This document shows, one piece after another, positions 38,603 through 48,023 of a stretch of 57,346 bases of DNA. The translations under genes were made by a program, and so were the position numbers. The stretch lies in the IMG/VR virus record IMGVR_UViG_3300032297_000501, positions 1 through 57,346 of that record. One strand, 5' to 3'. Each line of letters starts with the position of its first letter. Positions within the stretch are counted from its first letter, which is position 1. This DNA is from a virus (Duplodnaviria; Caudoviricetes). The notes under the pieces are model-generated. The model saw only the letters and a list, made by a program, of their open reading frames with translations, did no database searches and had not been told where the DNA came from.

Positions 38603-40312
38603 ATGCCTTATGATCCGCCCGAGCAACCTAATGAATTAAATAATATCCACAACGCTATGCAATACAATGCTAGCGGGGAACCTGTTGTCAGGGTTCACGT
38701 CGACGGCATAAATCTAGAAGGCGACGTTATTGTAAGTGAAGTAACAATTAACAATCCTACCAGTAATCCAGCTAACGTAAGAGTTAATAGTGGTACAGTT
38801 AATGCTAACATTACTGGTGGCACCGTTGCTATAACAGATGGTGGTGGAAGCATAACCGTAGATGGTAATGTTGGGGTAACAGGTAACGTAGGCGTCAACG
38901 GTAACGTTACTGTTGTAGACGGCGGCGGAAGTATAACCGTAGATGGCACCGTTGGTATTAGTGGAACCCCCACGGTTAATATCGGAACTATGCCAGAAGT
39001 AGAAATTAAAAACGATTCTGGTAATGCTATTCCTGTAACAGGAAATGTAAATGCTACTATTACCGGCACAATCACATCTACTGTGCAAGACGGACAACAA
39101 GATGCATTTGGTCGTTTACGAGTATCAGAGGCATTTACTCTAGGCGATTACAAGCACACCTATGGCATAGATCCTAACTTTAGAGATACATATATCAATG
39201 GCGGAACAGTAACTCATATTCTCAATCAAGCCTGTGCCAGATTAGCTACCAGTAATAATAGCAGTAGTCGCGCAATACATCAGACTAAAATGTATCACAA
39301 CTACATGCCCGGTAAGAGTCAGTTAATTAAAAGTACTATTAACTTTTATGCTCCTGTGGCTAACGTAACCAAACGTACTGGATATTTTGACGATCTCAAC
39401 GGCATATATTTTGAACAAAATGGCGCAGGTGTGTTAAGTTTTGTAATTAGAACTAATACATCTGGCACAGCATCAGATGCTCGTAGAATTGTACAATCTA
39501 GTTGGAACAAAGATACGTGTGATGGTAATGGTCCAAGTGGGTTTGAATTAGACATTACTAAAACACAGATTGTGTTTATTGACTTTCAGTGGTTAGGTGT
39601 TGGCCGTGTTCGTTGCGGATTTGTTCATGATGGACAGATGATTATAGCTCACGAGTTTTACAATAGTAACAATCTAACAGAAGTGTATATAAGTAACCCC
39701 AACTTGCCTATACGTTGTGAAATACTAAACACCGGTACTACTGCTGGAGGATTTTTTGATCAGATCTGTAGCACCGTAGTATCAGAAGGCGGCTATGTAG
39801 AAAGCGGCATTGACTTTAGCATAGACAGTGGGCAAACATCGCAAAGCATTACAGTGGCCAATGGCATGTATCCTGTTGTAGCCATCAGATTGAAAAACAC
39901 CTTTAGAGGTTATCCTAATAGAGTTGTGGTGCGTTCAGGTAACATTAACATCTACGGCGAAAATTATCCAGCTTATTGGGCGCTGATTAAACTAGATGCG
40001 CTTGCTAATATCACATTATCCAACGCAACCTGGACTTCAGCAGATGCTGATTCTGCTGTTGAATATTCTTTAAATGCCACAGCATTTACAGGCGGCGATA
40101 GAATAGATGGTGGTTTAGTTGGTACTACTAGTCCTGGCGGGTCAGCCAAAGGCACAGGTACTGCGCCAGTGAATCAACCTAGTGGTGCTAAAAAGAACTT
40201 TATTGCCCAAAATTTAGATTCAACCGACAGCGAGATATATGTAGTATGTGGCAAGGCAATTGGCGGGACAACTAATATATGGGTTGACTTCCAGTGGCGA
40301 GAAATTTACTAA
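38603..40312 (+). CDS. Putative virion/receptor-binding protein
   Basis: Val/Gly/Thr-rich stalk with duplicated DGGGSITVDG, DAFGRLRVS motif, beta-rich C-terminal domain (DFQWLGVGRVRCGF). Confidence 0.65.
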   Translation: MPYDPPEQPNELNNIHNAMQYNASGEPVVRVHVDGINLEGDVIVSEVTINNPTSNPANVRVNSGTVNANITGGTVAITDGGGSITVDGNVGVTGNVGVNGNVTVVDGGGSITVDGTVGISGTPTVNIGTMPEVEIKNDSGNAIPVTGNVNATITGTITSTVQDGQQDAFGRLRVSEAFTLGDYKHTYGIDPNFRDTYINGGTVTHILNQACARLATSNNSSSRAIHQTKMYHNYMPGKSQLIKSTINFYAPVANVTKRTGYFDDLNGIYFEQNGAGVLSFVIRTNTSGTASDARRIVQSSWNKDTCDGNGPSGFELDITKTQIVFIDFQWLGVGRVRCGFVHDGQMIIAHEFYNSNNLTEVYISNPNLPIRCEILNTGTTAGGFFDQICSTVVSEGGYVESGIDFSIDSGQTSQSITVANGMYPVVAIRLKNTFRGYPNRVVVRSGNINIYGENYPAYWALIKLDALANITLSNATWTSADADSAVEYSLNATAFTGGDRIDGGLVGTTSPGGSAKGTGTAPVNQPSGAKKNFIAQNLDSTDSEIYVVCGKAIGGTTNIWVDFQWREIY

Positions 40313-40519
40313 ATGCGAGTTGAAGTTCATTTCATTGGCAACCAATTCGTTGCCTACGATGAACGTGGCAACCAAATACGAGATCGTTACATTCTCGATC
40401 AGATTAGCTTTGACCAAATGCCCGGTTTCAAGACTTCCTACTATATAGAAGTTGACAAAAACCAGAATCCTGTTATAATGAACACTGTTAAAATAAATAT
40501 TAACACACAAAACACTTGA
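40313..40519 (+). CDS. Hypothetical protein
   Basis: 68 aa ORF abutting the upstream stop; its 3' part carries a promoter. Confidence 0.5.
   Translation: MRVEVHFIGNQFVAYDERGNQIRDRYILDQISFDQMPGFKTSYYIEVDKNQNPVIMNTVKININTQNT
40452..40479 (+). promoter_or_regulatory. Sigma70-type promoter
   Basis: TTGACA-16 bp-TATAAT with extended -10 TG, upstream of ORF 40527. Confidence 0.65.
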
Positions 40520-40526
40520 GGAACAT

Positions 40527-40790
40527 ATGGCATATAACAGATCTTTTAATGAAGAAGAACGAGCACGTCTTAAGCGCCTAATTGACGAAGGCATGCAAGT
40601 TACCTATGAGATTGAAACTCTCAAGGAAGGTTTGAGCGATACCGTCAAAGCCATTGCTGAAGAAATGGATATCAAGGCTGCTACACTAAACAAAGCTATC
40701 AAAATTGCACACAAGGCAAAGTTCGGTGAAGAGCGTGATAAGTTTGACGAGCTCGAAACTATCCTAGAAGCTGTTGGTAAGACTCTTTAA
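40527..40790 (+). CDS. Small DNA-binding protein (T4 DsbA/GapR-like)
   Basis: 87 aa helical: LK.LIDEG....EIE.LKE...D.VKAIAEE.DIK...LNKAIKIAHK; located before the polymerase. Confidence 0.55.
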   Translation: MAYNRSFNEEERARLKRLIDEGMQVTYEIETLKEGLSDTVKAIAEEMDIKAATLNKAIKIAHKAKFGEERDKFDELETILEAVGKTL

Positions 40791-40806
40791 CTAGGATATA
40801 AATTTC

Positions 40807-41349
40807 GTGCATAACGACGGAATACTAGTTAAAGAAAACGCATTGTCTTTTGATGAAATATCTCAAATTTTAAATAGTGGCGATCTTGCTTTTAAAAAAG
40901 CAAGTGTATTGTTACAAAACGACAGTGTTGGAAGACTTTCAAACTACAGGAGAGTTTGGACTGCTACCTTTATTGATAATAATTTAACAGAAAAATTAAA
41001 TCAACTTTTTAAAGAAGCGTCTGATATTTTTAACATTTCCTTCGATTCTTCTTTAACCGAATTGGCTATAATGCGATATAAATCAGATGACTATGGACAT
41101 TATGGTTGGCATGTTGATACTATTGATGATTCTGAAATTAAAAAAAATAGAAAACTTTCTATGACTATTGTATTAGATAAAAATTATACAGGTGGTAGTC
41201 TGTGCTTTGAAAATAAAAAATTTGAAAATTTAAACGCAGGCACCTGTGTTATTTTTTCCAGTGCGTTGAAGCATTGTGTTGAACCTGTTATATCAGGAAC
41301 AAGACATTCTTTAGTATCATGGGCTTACGAAAAAGCACTTGACTATTAA
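40807..41349 (+). CDS. 2OG-Fe(II) oxygenase (prolyl 4-hydroxylase-like)
   Basis: YGWHVD (HxD), RKLSM, YTGGSL, FSS.LKHCVEPVISGTRHSLVSW. Confidence 0.88.
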   Translation: MHNDGILVKENALSFDEISQILNSGDLAFKKASVLLQNDSVGRLSNYRRVWTATFIDNNLTEKLNQLFKEASDIFNISFDSSLTELAIMRYKSDDYGHYGWHVDTIDDSEIKKNRKLSMTIVLDKNYTGGSLCFENKKFENLNAGTCVIFSSALKHCVEPVISGTRHSLVSWAYEKALDY

Positions 41350-41415
41350 AACTTCTATAATAAATAATATTGGTATTGCGTCAGCCGTAAATGATGCTTA
41401 GAGAAAGACACACAT

Positions 41416-44097
41416 ATGAGTTACGTAGATGCCTTCTATGATAAGGCAAAAGACTTTATTCGAGTAGTTGAGCGAGTCAACGGTAAAAGAATATTGATCG
41501 ATCACAGGCCCGAATATAATTTTTATATCGCAGATCCGCGTGGTACCCATCGCAGCATATATGGCGATCCTGTAAGTGAGATACGCTGTAAGAATGTCAA
41601 AGACTTCAGAAAAAACGTTGCTATCAACAGTCAATCTAAGAAGTTTGAAAGTGACATTAAACCTCTAAACAAAACTATTGCTAAACACTATAGCGGTGCT
41701 GATACACCAAAACTGCAAACAGCATTTTGGGATATTGAGGTTGACTTTGACCCTGAGCGCGGATATGCTAATCCGGAAGAAGCATTTATGCCTATTACTG
41801 CTATCGGTGTTTATCTCCAATGGCAAGAAGCTATGGTATGTTTAGCTGTACCACCTAAGACACTAAGTTGGGAGCAAGCGCAAGCAATTGCCAGCAGACT
41901 GCCCGAAGTTATTTTATTTCGCACAGAAAAGGAAATGCTTGAAACATTCCTTGTACTAATTGAAGATGCTGATATCCTAAGTGGTTGGAATAGTGAGGGT
42001 TATGATATTCCTTACACTATCAACCGAATCATTAAAGTATTAGGTAAGAATGAACTACGCAGACTATGCCTATGGGACCAAATGCCAACCGTGCGGGAGT
42101 ACGAAGCATATGGTAGTCAACGCCAAACATATGACTTAGTTGGTCGTGTACACTTGGACTACATGCAGTTGTACCGCAAGTATAACTATGAAGAACGTCA
42201 CAGTTATCGACTAGATTACATCGGTGAGATGGAGATCGGTGAACGCAAGGTTGCGTATGAAGGCAGTTTAGATCGCCTTTATAATCACGACTTTGAAAAG
42301 TTCTTAGAATATAACATTCAAGATACTGTACTGCTTAACAAGCTAGATAAGAAGCTACAGTTTATTGATTTAGCTAATACTATTGCCCACGATAACACTG
42401 TGCTACTGCCTACAACAATGGGCGCTGTTGCTACTACAGAACAGGCTATTATCAATGAAGCTCATCGCAGAGGATTTGTAGTACCTGATCGCAATAGAAG
42501 TGAGCGAGGCGATACGCAAGCCGCAGGTGCTTATGTGGCCTTCCCAAAGAAAGGCTACCATGATTGGGTGGGCAGTATGGACATCAACAGTCTATATCCT
42601 AGTGTGTTCCGGGCGCTAAACATGGCTGCTGAAACTATTGTTGGACAGCTACGGCCTGAGTACACCGAAGAAGAAATTAACAACAAGATCAAATTAGAGA
42701 AAGCTAGCTTTGCTGACGCTTGGTTAGGCAAATTTGGTACAAATGAGTTTGAGTTTGTAATAAACAAAGACGTTAATCATGTCATGAAGCTTGATATGGA
42801 AGATGGTGCTACTGTTGAAGTTACTGGTGCCGATGTGTATAACCTAATCTTTAACAGCGGCCAACCTTGGAATATTAGTGCTAACGGTACTATCTTTAAA
42901 ACTGACTTCCAAGGTATTGTTCCAGGTTTGCTAGAGCGTTGGTATGCTGAACGTAAAGAGCTACAAGCCAAAAAGAAAGAAGCAACCACAGACGAAGAAA
43001 AGGCGTTTTGGGACAAGCGACAGTTGGTTAAGAAGATTAACCTGAACAGTTTGTACGGTGCTATTCTTAATCCAGGTTGCCGCTTCTTCGATAAGCGCAT
43101 CGGTCAAAGTACAACGCTAACTGGTCGTCGCATTACACGGTTTATGGCAGGCAAGACTAACGAATTGCTCACTGGTAAGTTTGACCACGTAGGTGATTGT
43201 ATTATTTACGGCGACACTGACTCTGTATACTTTACTGCGGTTCCTGCACTTCCTCAAGGCAGTGAACTTGATCTAGACAGTGCTGTTAAACTATATGATC
43301 ATATCAGTGATACTGTTAGCGATGGTTTCCCTGGTTTCTTAAAAACAGAATTCAATGTTCCTTATGAAAACGGTAAGGTTCTAAAGGCAGGTCGTGAAGT
43401 AGTTGGCCGTTCCGGACTATTCATTACTAAAAAGCGTTACGCTATTAAGTGTCTAGATATCGAAGGTTACCAACCAGAAGGTGGTAAGCTCAAGATCATG
43501 GGCATGGAGATCAAGCGTAGTGACACGCCTGAATTTGTGCAGGACTTCCTAGAAGAGGTTCTCGATGATGCACTAAGTGGTGCAACTGAAAAAGAAGTTA
43601 TCACTAAGGTAAAAGAGTTTAAGAAGAACTTCCAAAGTTTAGATCCGTGGAAGAAAGGCATGCCCAAGCGTGTCAACAACTTAACTAATTACACCGAAAA
43701 ACTAAAGAGTACACGTAAGACAGAAAACATGAAACTGTTCAAACTAGAGTCTCTAAAAGATGAATCTAGCAATAATATGATTCCAGGTCACGTTCGAGCA
43801 AGTATAAACTGGAATGACATTAAAACTGCATTCGGCGACAATTACAGTATGACTATCATGGATGGTATGAAAGTTATTGTATGTCGCTTGAAGAATAATG
43901 CTATGGGTTATAGTAGCATTGCGTACCCTACCGATGAACTAAACCTACCGCAATGGTTCAAAGATCTACCATTTGACAATGAAGCAATGGAAGAAGCGGT
44001 ATTAGATAAGAAGGTAGAAAACGTTCTTGGGCAAATGGGTTGGGACTTGTCTCAAACCAAAGAAAGCGAAGCACTTAGTGAATTTTTTGATTTTTAA
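41416..44097 (+). CDS. Family B DNA polymerase (T4 gp43-like)
   Basis: Exo WDIEVD, GWNSEGYDIPY, YNIQD; Pol DINSLYPS, KKINLNSLYG, YGDTDS, KKRY; no intein or intron seen. Confidence 0.97.
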   Translation: MSYVDAFYDKAKDFIRVVERVNGKRILIDHRPEYNFYIADPRGTHRSIYGDPVSEIRCKNVKDFRKNVAINSQSKKFESDIKPLNKTIAKHYSGADTPKLQTAFWDIEVDFDPERGYANPEEAFMPITAIGVYLQWQEAMVCLAVPPKTLSWEQAQAIASRLPEVILFRTEKEMLETFLVLIEDADILSGWNSEGYDIPYTINRIIKVLGKNELRRLCLWDQMPTVREYEAYGSQRQTYDLVGRVHLDYMQLYRKYNYEERHSYRLDYIGEMEIGERKVAYEGSLDRLYNHDFEKFLEYNIQDTVLLNKLDKKLQFIDLANTIAHDNTVLLPTTMGAVATTEQAIINEAHRRGFVVPDRNRSERGDTQAAGAYVAFPKKGYHDWVGSMDINSLYPSVFRALNMAAETIVGQLRPEYTEEEINNKIKLEKASFADAWLGKFGTNEFEFVINKDVNHVMKLDMEDGATVEVTGADVYNLIFNSGQPWNISANGTIFKTDFQGIVPGLLERWYAERKELQAKKKEATTDEEKAFWDKRQLVKKINLNSLYGAILNPGCRFFDKRIGQSTTLTGRRITRFMAGKTNELLTGKFDHVGDCIIYGDTDSVYFTAVPALPQGSELDLDSAVKLYDHISDTVSDGFPGFLKTEFNVPYENGKVLKAGREVVGRSGLFITKKRYAIKCLDIEGYQPEGGKLKIMGMEIKRSDTPEFVQDFLEEVLDDALSGATEKEVITKVKEFKKNFQSLDPWKKGMPKRVNNLTNYTEKLKSTRKTENMKLFKLESLKDESSNNMIPGHVRASINWNDIKTAFGDNYSMTIMDGMKVIVCRLKNNAMGYSSIAYPTDELNLPQWFKDLPFDNEAMEEAVLDKKVENVLGQMGWDLSQTKESEALSEFFDF

Positions 44098-44121
44098 TCT
44101 AAGAAAATGATAACAAAACAC

Positions 44122-44150
44122 TTGACTTTTCTAAATAACAATAGTATAAT
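44122..44150 (+). promoter_or_regulatory. Sigma70-type promoter with a nested late motif
   Basis: TTGACT-17 bp-TATAAT with CTAAATA inside the spacer. Confidence 0.75.
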
Positions 44151-44172
44151 ATCTAAAATATAGGAGCACTCT

Positions 44173-44928
44173 ATGGCAAATAATTATATCAAAGACACAT
44201 TAAAAGACATTATCAAGCACACACATAGCCTTGGCATTTATGAAATGGTAAAGGTCACTGGAACACTTGAGGAAACAAAAATTGAAACTGTTGACGCAAA
44301 TAAGACAGTAATTTTTAAAGGCAAGACAGTTAATCCTGTAGCAGACTTCGTTGATGCTACTGTTGGTCTGAGCCGTATGAGCGTACTTGACGGATATCTA
44401 AAGTATCCTGGTTTTGACAGCGAAGAAGCAACTGTTGCTGTAGTTTCGCAGAAGCGTAACGAAGTAGACATTCCAGTTGAAGTTAAGTTTGTAGCTAATG
44501 ACGGCACAGATGCTAACTATCGCTTTATGCTAGCAGATGTTGTTAATCAGCAGTTAAAGGACATTACATTTAAGGGTGCAGAGTTTGATATCAACATTGT
44601 GCCTACTGCAAAGAATCTTAAGGACCTTGGTTACTTTAACAGCGTTCTTGGCGCATATGAATCAACCTTTATGCCTAAGACAGATGGCGGTAAGTTATAT
44701 TTCCACATCGGTGACGGCGTAAGTGATCGTACAAAGATTCTCATTGCCGAAGGTGTTGACGGTGAAACTAAACATGAGTTCCGTTGGCCACTTGATATTG
44801 TACTAAAGATTTTACGCCTCGGTGATAGTGCCGGTATGGTTCTAAGTATTAATAACAAAGGTTTGCTACAAATTAAGGTAGATAGTGGCATGGGCGAATA
44901 CACTTACCTACTTCCAGCTAAAGGTTAA
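44173..44928 (+). CDS. Probable sliding clamp (gp45-like)
   Basis: 251 aa directly after polB; two-domain size and C-terminal YTYLLPA resemble PCNA-fold clamps; clamp loader present in the window. Inference only. Confidence 0.5.
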   Translation: MANNYIKDTLKDIIKHTHSLGIYEMVKVTGTLEETKIETVDANKTVIFKGKTVNPVADFVDATVGLSRMSVLDGYLKYPGFDSEEATVAVVSQKRNEVDIPVEVKFVANDGTDANYRFMLADVVNQQLKDITFKGAEFDINIVPTAKNLKDLGYFNSVLGAYESTFMPKTDGGKLYFHIGDGVSDRTKILIAEGVDGETKHEFRWPLDIVLKILRLGDSAGMVLSINNKGLLQIKVDSGMGEYTYLLPAKG

Positions 44929-44931
44929 TTA

Positions 44932-46488
44932 ATGAAAGACTTAGGAAAACGTCAAAGCGACTATGCGGTATATTTGCCTGCTATCAGTAGCTTTTATACA
45001 AAGCAATTACAAAAAACATTAGCTAATCCAACCGAATGGCGTACTCCTCCGGGGTTTGAATTAGGTAATGCAGGGTTAGATTTTCTTAACCCAGAACACA
45101 GCTACTATCATTATCCTTACGGACTTTATTCCGCAGGCCACGCACACTTAGATACTACTAAGAGCGACAATGAAGAACCAATGGTTCAAAAGCGTAATAG
45201 GTCTGTAACAACTATCCTCGGTGACTCAGGCGGGTTCCAGGTTGCTAGTGGTGTGCTAAAACTAGATTGGTCTAATGCAAAAGATCCTGCAGATCCTAGC
45301 CGTATTGAGCTTTGTGAAAAGATCTTACGCTGGCTTGAGCATACAGCTGACTGGGCTATGACACTAGATATTCCAGGTTTTGCTGCCGTACCTCCATACA
45401 ACAAGAAGACTGGACTGACTAAGATCCAGGACACTATTGATATCAGTATGCTTAACCTAGATTACTTTGTACGCAATCGCGTACCAGGTAAAACTAAGTT
45501 TCTAAATGTGTTATCAGGTACTGATCAAAAGAGTGCCGATGACTGGTATGAAAGTGTTAAGCATTTTAGTGACCCTAAGTTTGTTGCTGCTAATTACGGT
45601 GACGCAGATCGCACACTAGAAGGCTATGCGTTCGCTGGTATTAACATGCGTAACATGCCAATCGCTCTTAAACGTATCTTAAAGCTACGTGAAGATGGCT
45701 TACTTGAGGACAAAGGATGGATTCACTTCCTTGGTACAGGTAAATTGAATTGGGCTTGCTATTTAACCAGTATTCAGCGTATGCTACGTAAGTATGACAG
45801 TCCAAACATAACAATCAGCTTTGATGCCGCTAGTCCGTTTGTTAATACAGCATACGGTCAATGTTACAGCTACAACTACTTTTCTCCAAAGCGTTTTGGT
45901 TATTTTATGAACCGTGCATTTGATAATCAACAGCTAAAGGGTAGTACATTACCAATGCCATTCAATGGTCCAATTATGGAACGTCTTGTAGCAGGCGATA
46001 TGTGTTGCATGGAAGAAGGCGACTTGGATCGTAATGGTAAAGCAAAGACTAAAGACAGTACAAGTTGGGACACACAAAGCTATCTTTACTATATGGCCCA
46101 TAGTGTGTTCAATCATATTACTGCGGTACAAGAAGCTAATCGTTTAGCTGATATGGAAAAGTATCGTGCTAATGTACATTACAGCGATTGGATCAATGAC
46201 AAAACAAATAAAGGTACAAACGAGTTTAGTCCGTATGTTCCTTATAGTGTTGTATACTTTGACAGCTTTGTTCAGGAAGTACTTGATCCTGCATGTCCTA
46301 ATCCTTATGAACTCATCGACAAGTACAGTAAATTCTTAGATGAAATCAGCTTTGGTAGCTATGCCACTGAAACACATCTAGATACTAGTTTCTTCGAAGA
46401 AGCATCAACTGCGGTACACGACGAAACTGTTAGTAGAGAAGATGAAATGCTTAGTCCTGCAATGATGGGAGACTTCGATGGAGAATAG
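44932..46488 (+). CDS. dpdA: tRNA-guanine transglycosylase-fold protein, DpdA-like DNA transglycosylase
   Basis: ILGDSGGFQ, AMTLDIP, FLNVLSG, GYAFAG, IHFLGTG, ISFDAASP follow the TGT motif order; clustered with folE, queE and a T-fold gene. Confidence 0.75.
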   Translation: MKDLGKRQSDYAVYLPAISSFYTKQLQKTLANPTEWRTPPGFELGNAGLDFLNPEHSYYHYPYGLYSAGHAHLDTTKSDNEEPMVQKRNRSVTTILGDSGGFQVASGVLKLDWSNAKDPADPSRIELCEKILRWLEHTADWAMTLDIPGFAAVPPYNKKTGLTKIQDTIDISMLNLDYFVRNRVPGKTKFLNVLSGTDQKSADDWYESVKHFSDPKFVAANYGDADRTLEGYAFAGINMRNMPIALKRILKLREDGLLEDKGWIHFLGTGKLNWACYLTSIQRMLRKYDSPNITISFDAASPFVNTAYGQCYSYNYFSPKRFGYFMNRAFDNQQLKGSTLPMPFNGPIMERLVAGDMCCMEEGDLDRNGKAKTKDSTSWDTQSYLYYMAHSVFNHITAVQEANRLADMEKYRANVHYSDWINDKTNKGTNEFSPYVPYSVVYFDSFVQEVLDPACPNPYELIDKYSKFLDEISFGSYATETHLDTSFFEEASTAVHDETVSREDEMLSPAMMGDFDGE

Positions 46489-46993
46489 AGACGGACATGA
46501 CAACGACACTAAGTTTTTTGTTGGTGTTGAGGTAGAGTATAGTCCTGCACACGGGCAGAGAACACTGTTTGTTGTAGGATTACAGCCCAAAGAAGAAATC
46601 TTAACTCGTGCGTTTAACAACAAATGCCCACATATCTATTTAGGTGCTAATCAAAGTTTTAATCCATCCAACGATGACTGGGATGCGTGGAATGAACTTA
46701 TTACTGGGTTACTGCAAGATGGCATTTGGGTTACACTAGATTTTGATAGTGATTACGCACAGCATCCTTGGTTCCACGACGGTGGTTGGTGTGAGTTTGA
46801 TAACTTCATCCCCATGATTAGTGTTAAAATACCCTATATTCGTTTATTCAATTATAATGCTACAATTAAAATTGACGATATTGGATTTAGGAAGTCTAAT
46901 CCCGGTGTTTGGTGCCATAGCTTGCACAACCTACAAAACAGAGAAAACTTCACCGACTGGTCTAAATACACTAGCGATGAAGTTATCTCTTGA
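46478..46993 (+). CDS. Hypothetical protein coupled to the dpdA-like gene
   Basis: 171 aa, overlaps the dpdA-like end; F.GVEVE.SPA.G.RTLFVVG, HIYLGANQSF, KIDD..F..SNPGVWCH. Confidence 0.75.
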   Translation: MENRDGHDNDTKFFVGVEVEYSPAHGQRTLFVVGLQPKEEILTRAFNNKCPHIYLGANQSFNPSNDDWDAWNELITGLLQDGIWVTLDFDSDYAQHPWFHDGGWCEFDNFIPMISVKIPYIRLFNYNATIKIDDIGFRKSNPGVWCHSLHNLQNRENFTDWSKYTSDEVIS

Positions 46994-47019
46994 CATACAC
47001 AAAAAGTGTAGTATATTAT
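46990..47019 (+). promoter_or_regulatory. Sigma70-type promoter
   Basis: TTGACA overlapping the upstream TGA stop; TATATT/TATTAT at 16/18 bp. Confidence 0.55.
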
Positions 47020-47027
47020 AAACTAAT

Positions 47028-47210
47028 ATGAATATAAAATTAGAATGTGATGACGATGGGGTAGTAGTACATACCACTTTAAAGATTGATAGTTTAGAAA
47101 CTGAACAAGAACTACAGGAAGTTTTTATGAAGTTTATTAAATTCATTCGCAAGTGTGGTGCTAAGTTTCCTGAAGAGTTAGAACAAATAGAGCAGGAGTT
47201 TAGAAAGTAA
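47028..47210 (+). CDS. Hypothetical protein
   Basis: 60 aa ORF coupled to the next gene. Confidence 0.6.
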   Translation: MNIKLECDDDGVVVHTTLKIDSLETEQELQEVFMKFIKFIRKCGAKFPEELEQIEQEFRK

Positions 47211-47404
47211 TGGAAATAATAACTGACATTATAGTTGGCTTAGCCGCATTTGTTTTCTTTTCAATTCTAACTTGGTTCGTTTGGGAATCAAACAAATATA
47301 TTTCTGAAAGAAACCGTTTGAGAAAAGAAACAGGCAAATACTACGAACATGAGATTCACGAAGAAATTCTAAAGCGTTCTGCTGAAAGCAAGGATAAAAA
47401 ATGA
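47210..47404 (+). CDS. Small single-TM protein
   Basis: N-terminal hydrophobic helix, charged tail, AGGAG RBS. Confidence 0.65.
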   Translation: MEIITDIIVGLAAFVFFSILTWFVWESNKYISERNRLRKETGKYYEHEIHEEILKRSAESKDKK

Positions 47405-47811
47405 AAACTATTTGGGTTACGTTTCAAAAAGAAGGTGTACATATGTACCCGGGGGCCGATACAGATCCTAAACTAGCCACAGGCAGTTGGGATGATGTAA
47501 GTTTTCTAGGTGTGCCACACAGGCACATCTTCCATTTCAAAGTATGGCTAGAAGTATTCCATGATGACAGAGATATTGAATTTATTCAGTTCAAGCGTTG
47601 GCTAGAACGGCAGTACAGCGAAGGCGTACTTGAATTGAATCATAAGAGTTGCGAAATGATCGCAGAAGATTTAGCAGTGGAGATTACTAACAAGTATCCT
47701 AACCGCTGGCTAAAGATTTCTGTAGCCGAAGATAACGAAAACGGCTGCGAAATTGATTTTCCTGTCAAACAACAAGACTGGCAGGTTGATGGTCCAACAT
47801 ATTTTAAATAA
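47401..47811 (+). CDS. dpdL: QueD-like T-fold protein with a DpdL-type motif
   Basis: LGVPHRHIF (LxxxHRHxF) replaces the QueD CxxxHGH motif; DIEFIQFK, SCEMIA, V.EDNENG. The DpdL motif is recalled from the literature, not searched. Confidence 0.65.
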   Translation: MKTIWVTFQKEGVHMYPGADTDPKLATGSWDDVSFLGVPHRHIFHFKVWLEVFHDDRDIEFIQFKRWLERQYSEGVLELNHKSCEMIAEDLAVEITNKYPNRWLKISVAEDNENGCEIDFPVKQQDWQVDGPTYFK

Positions 47812-47823
47812 TAGGAGAAAAAC

Positions 47824-48012
47824 ATGACCGAGACACACTTAAAATTAAAGGCTCTTTTCGAAGAGTATGTTAAAGAATCAGATGCATTTGAAGTTAAGGG
47901 CGTAAAGGCAGCAGCCGCTCGCGCTCGTAAGGCACTAGGCGAAATTGGCAAGTTGTCAAAGGTTCGTCGTGCAGAAATTCAGGACAAGAAGAACGCTGCC
48001 AGCGCAGCCTAA
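47824..48012 (+). CDS. Small basic histone H1-like (Hc1-like) protein
   Basis: KGVKAAAARARKALGEIGKL.K.RR.EIQ; AGGAG RBS. Confidence 0.65.
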   Translation: MTETHLKLKALFEEYVKESDAFEVKGVKAAAARARKALGEIGKLSKVRRAEIQDKKNAASAA

Positions 48013-48023
48013 GGAGACCTATA

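Noticed and set aside
40337-40380. Short direct repeat GGCAACCAA
   Set aside because: Two 9-bp copies inside a small ORF encoding GNQ twice; too short to support a function.
41416-44097. Intein or intron in the DNA polymerase
   Set aside because: The length of 893 aa and the motif spacing are normal; no splice-junction motifs.
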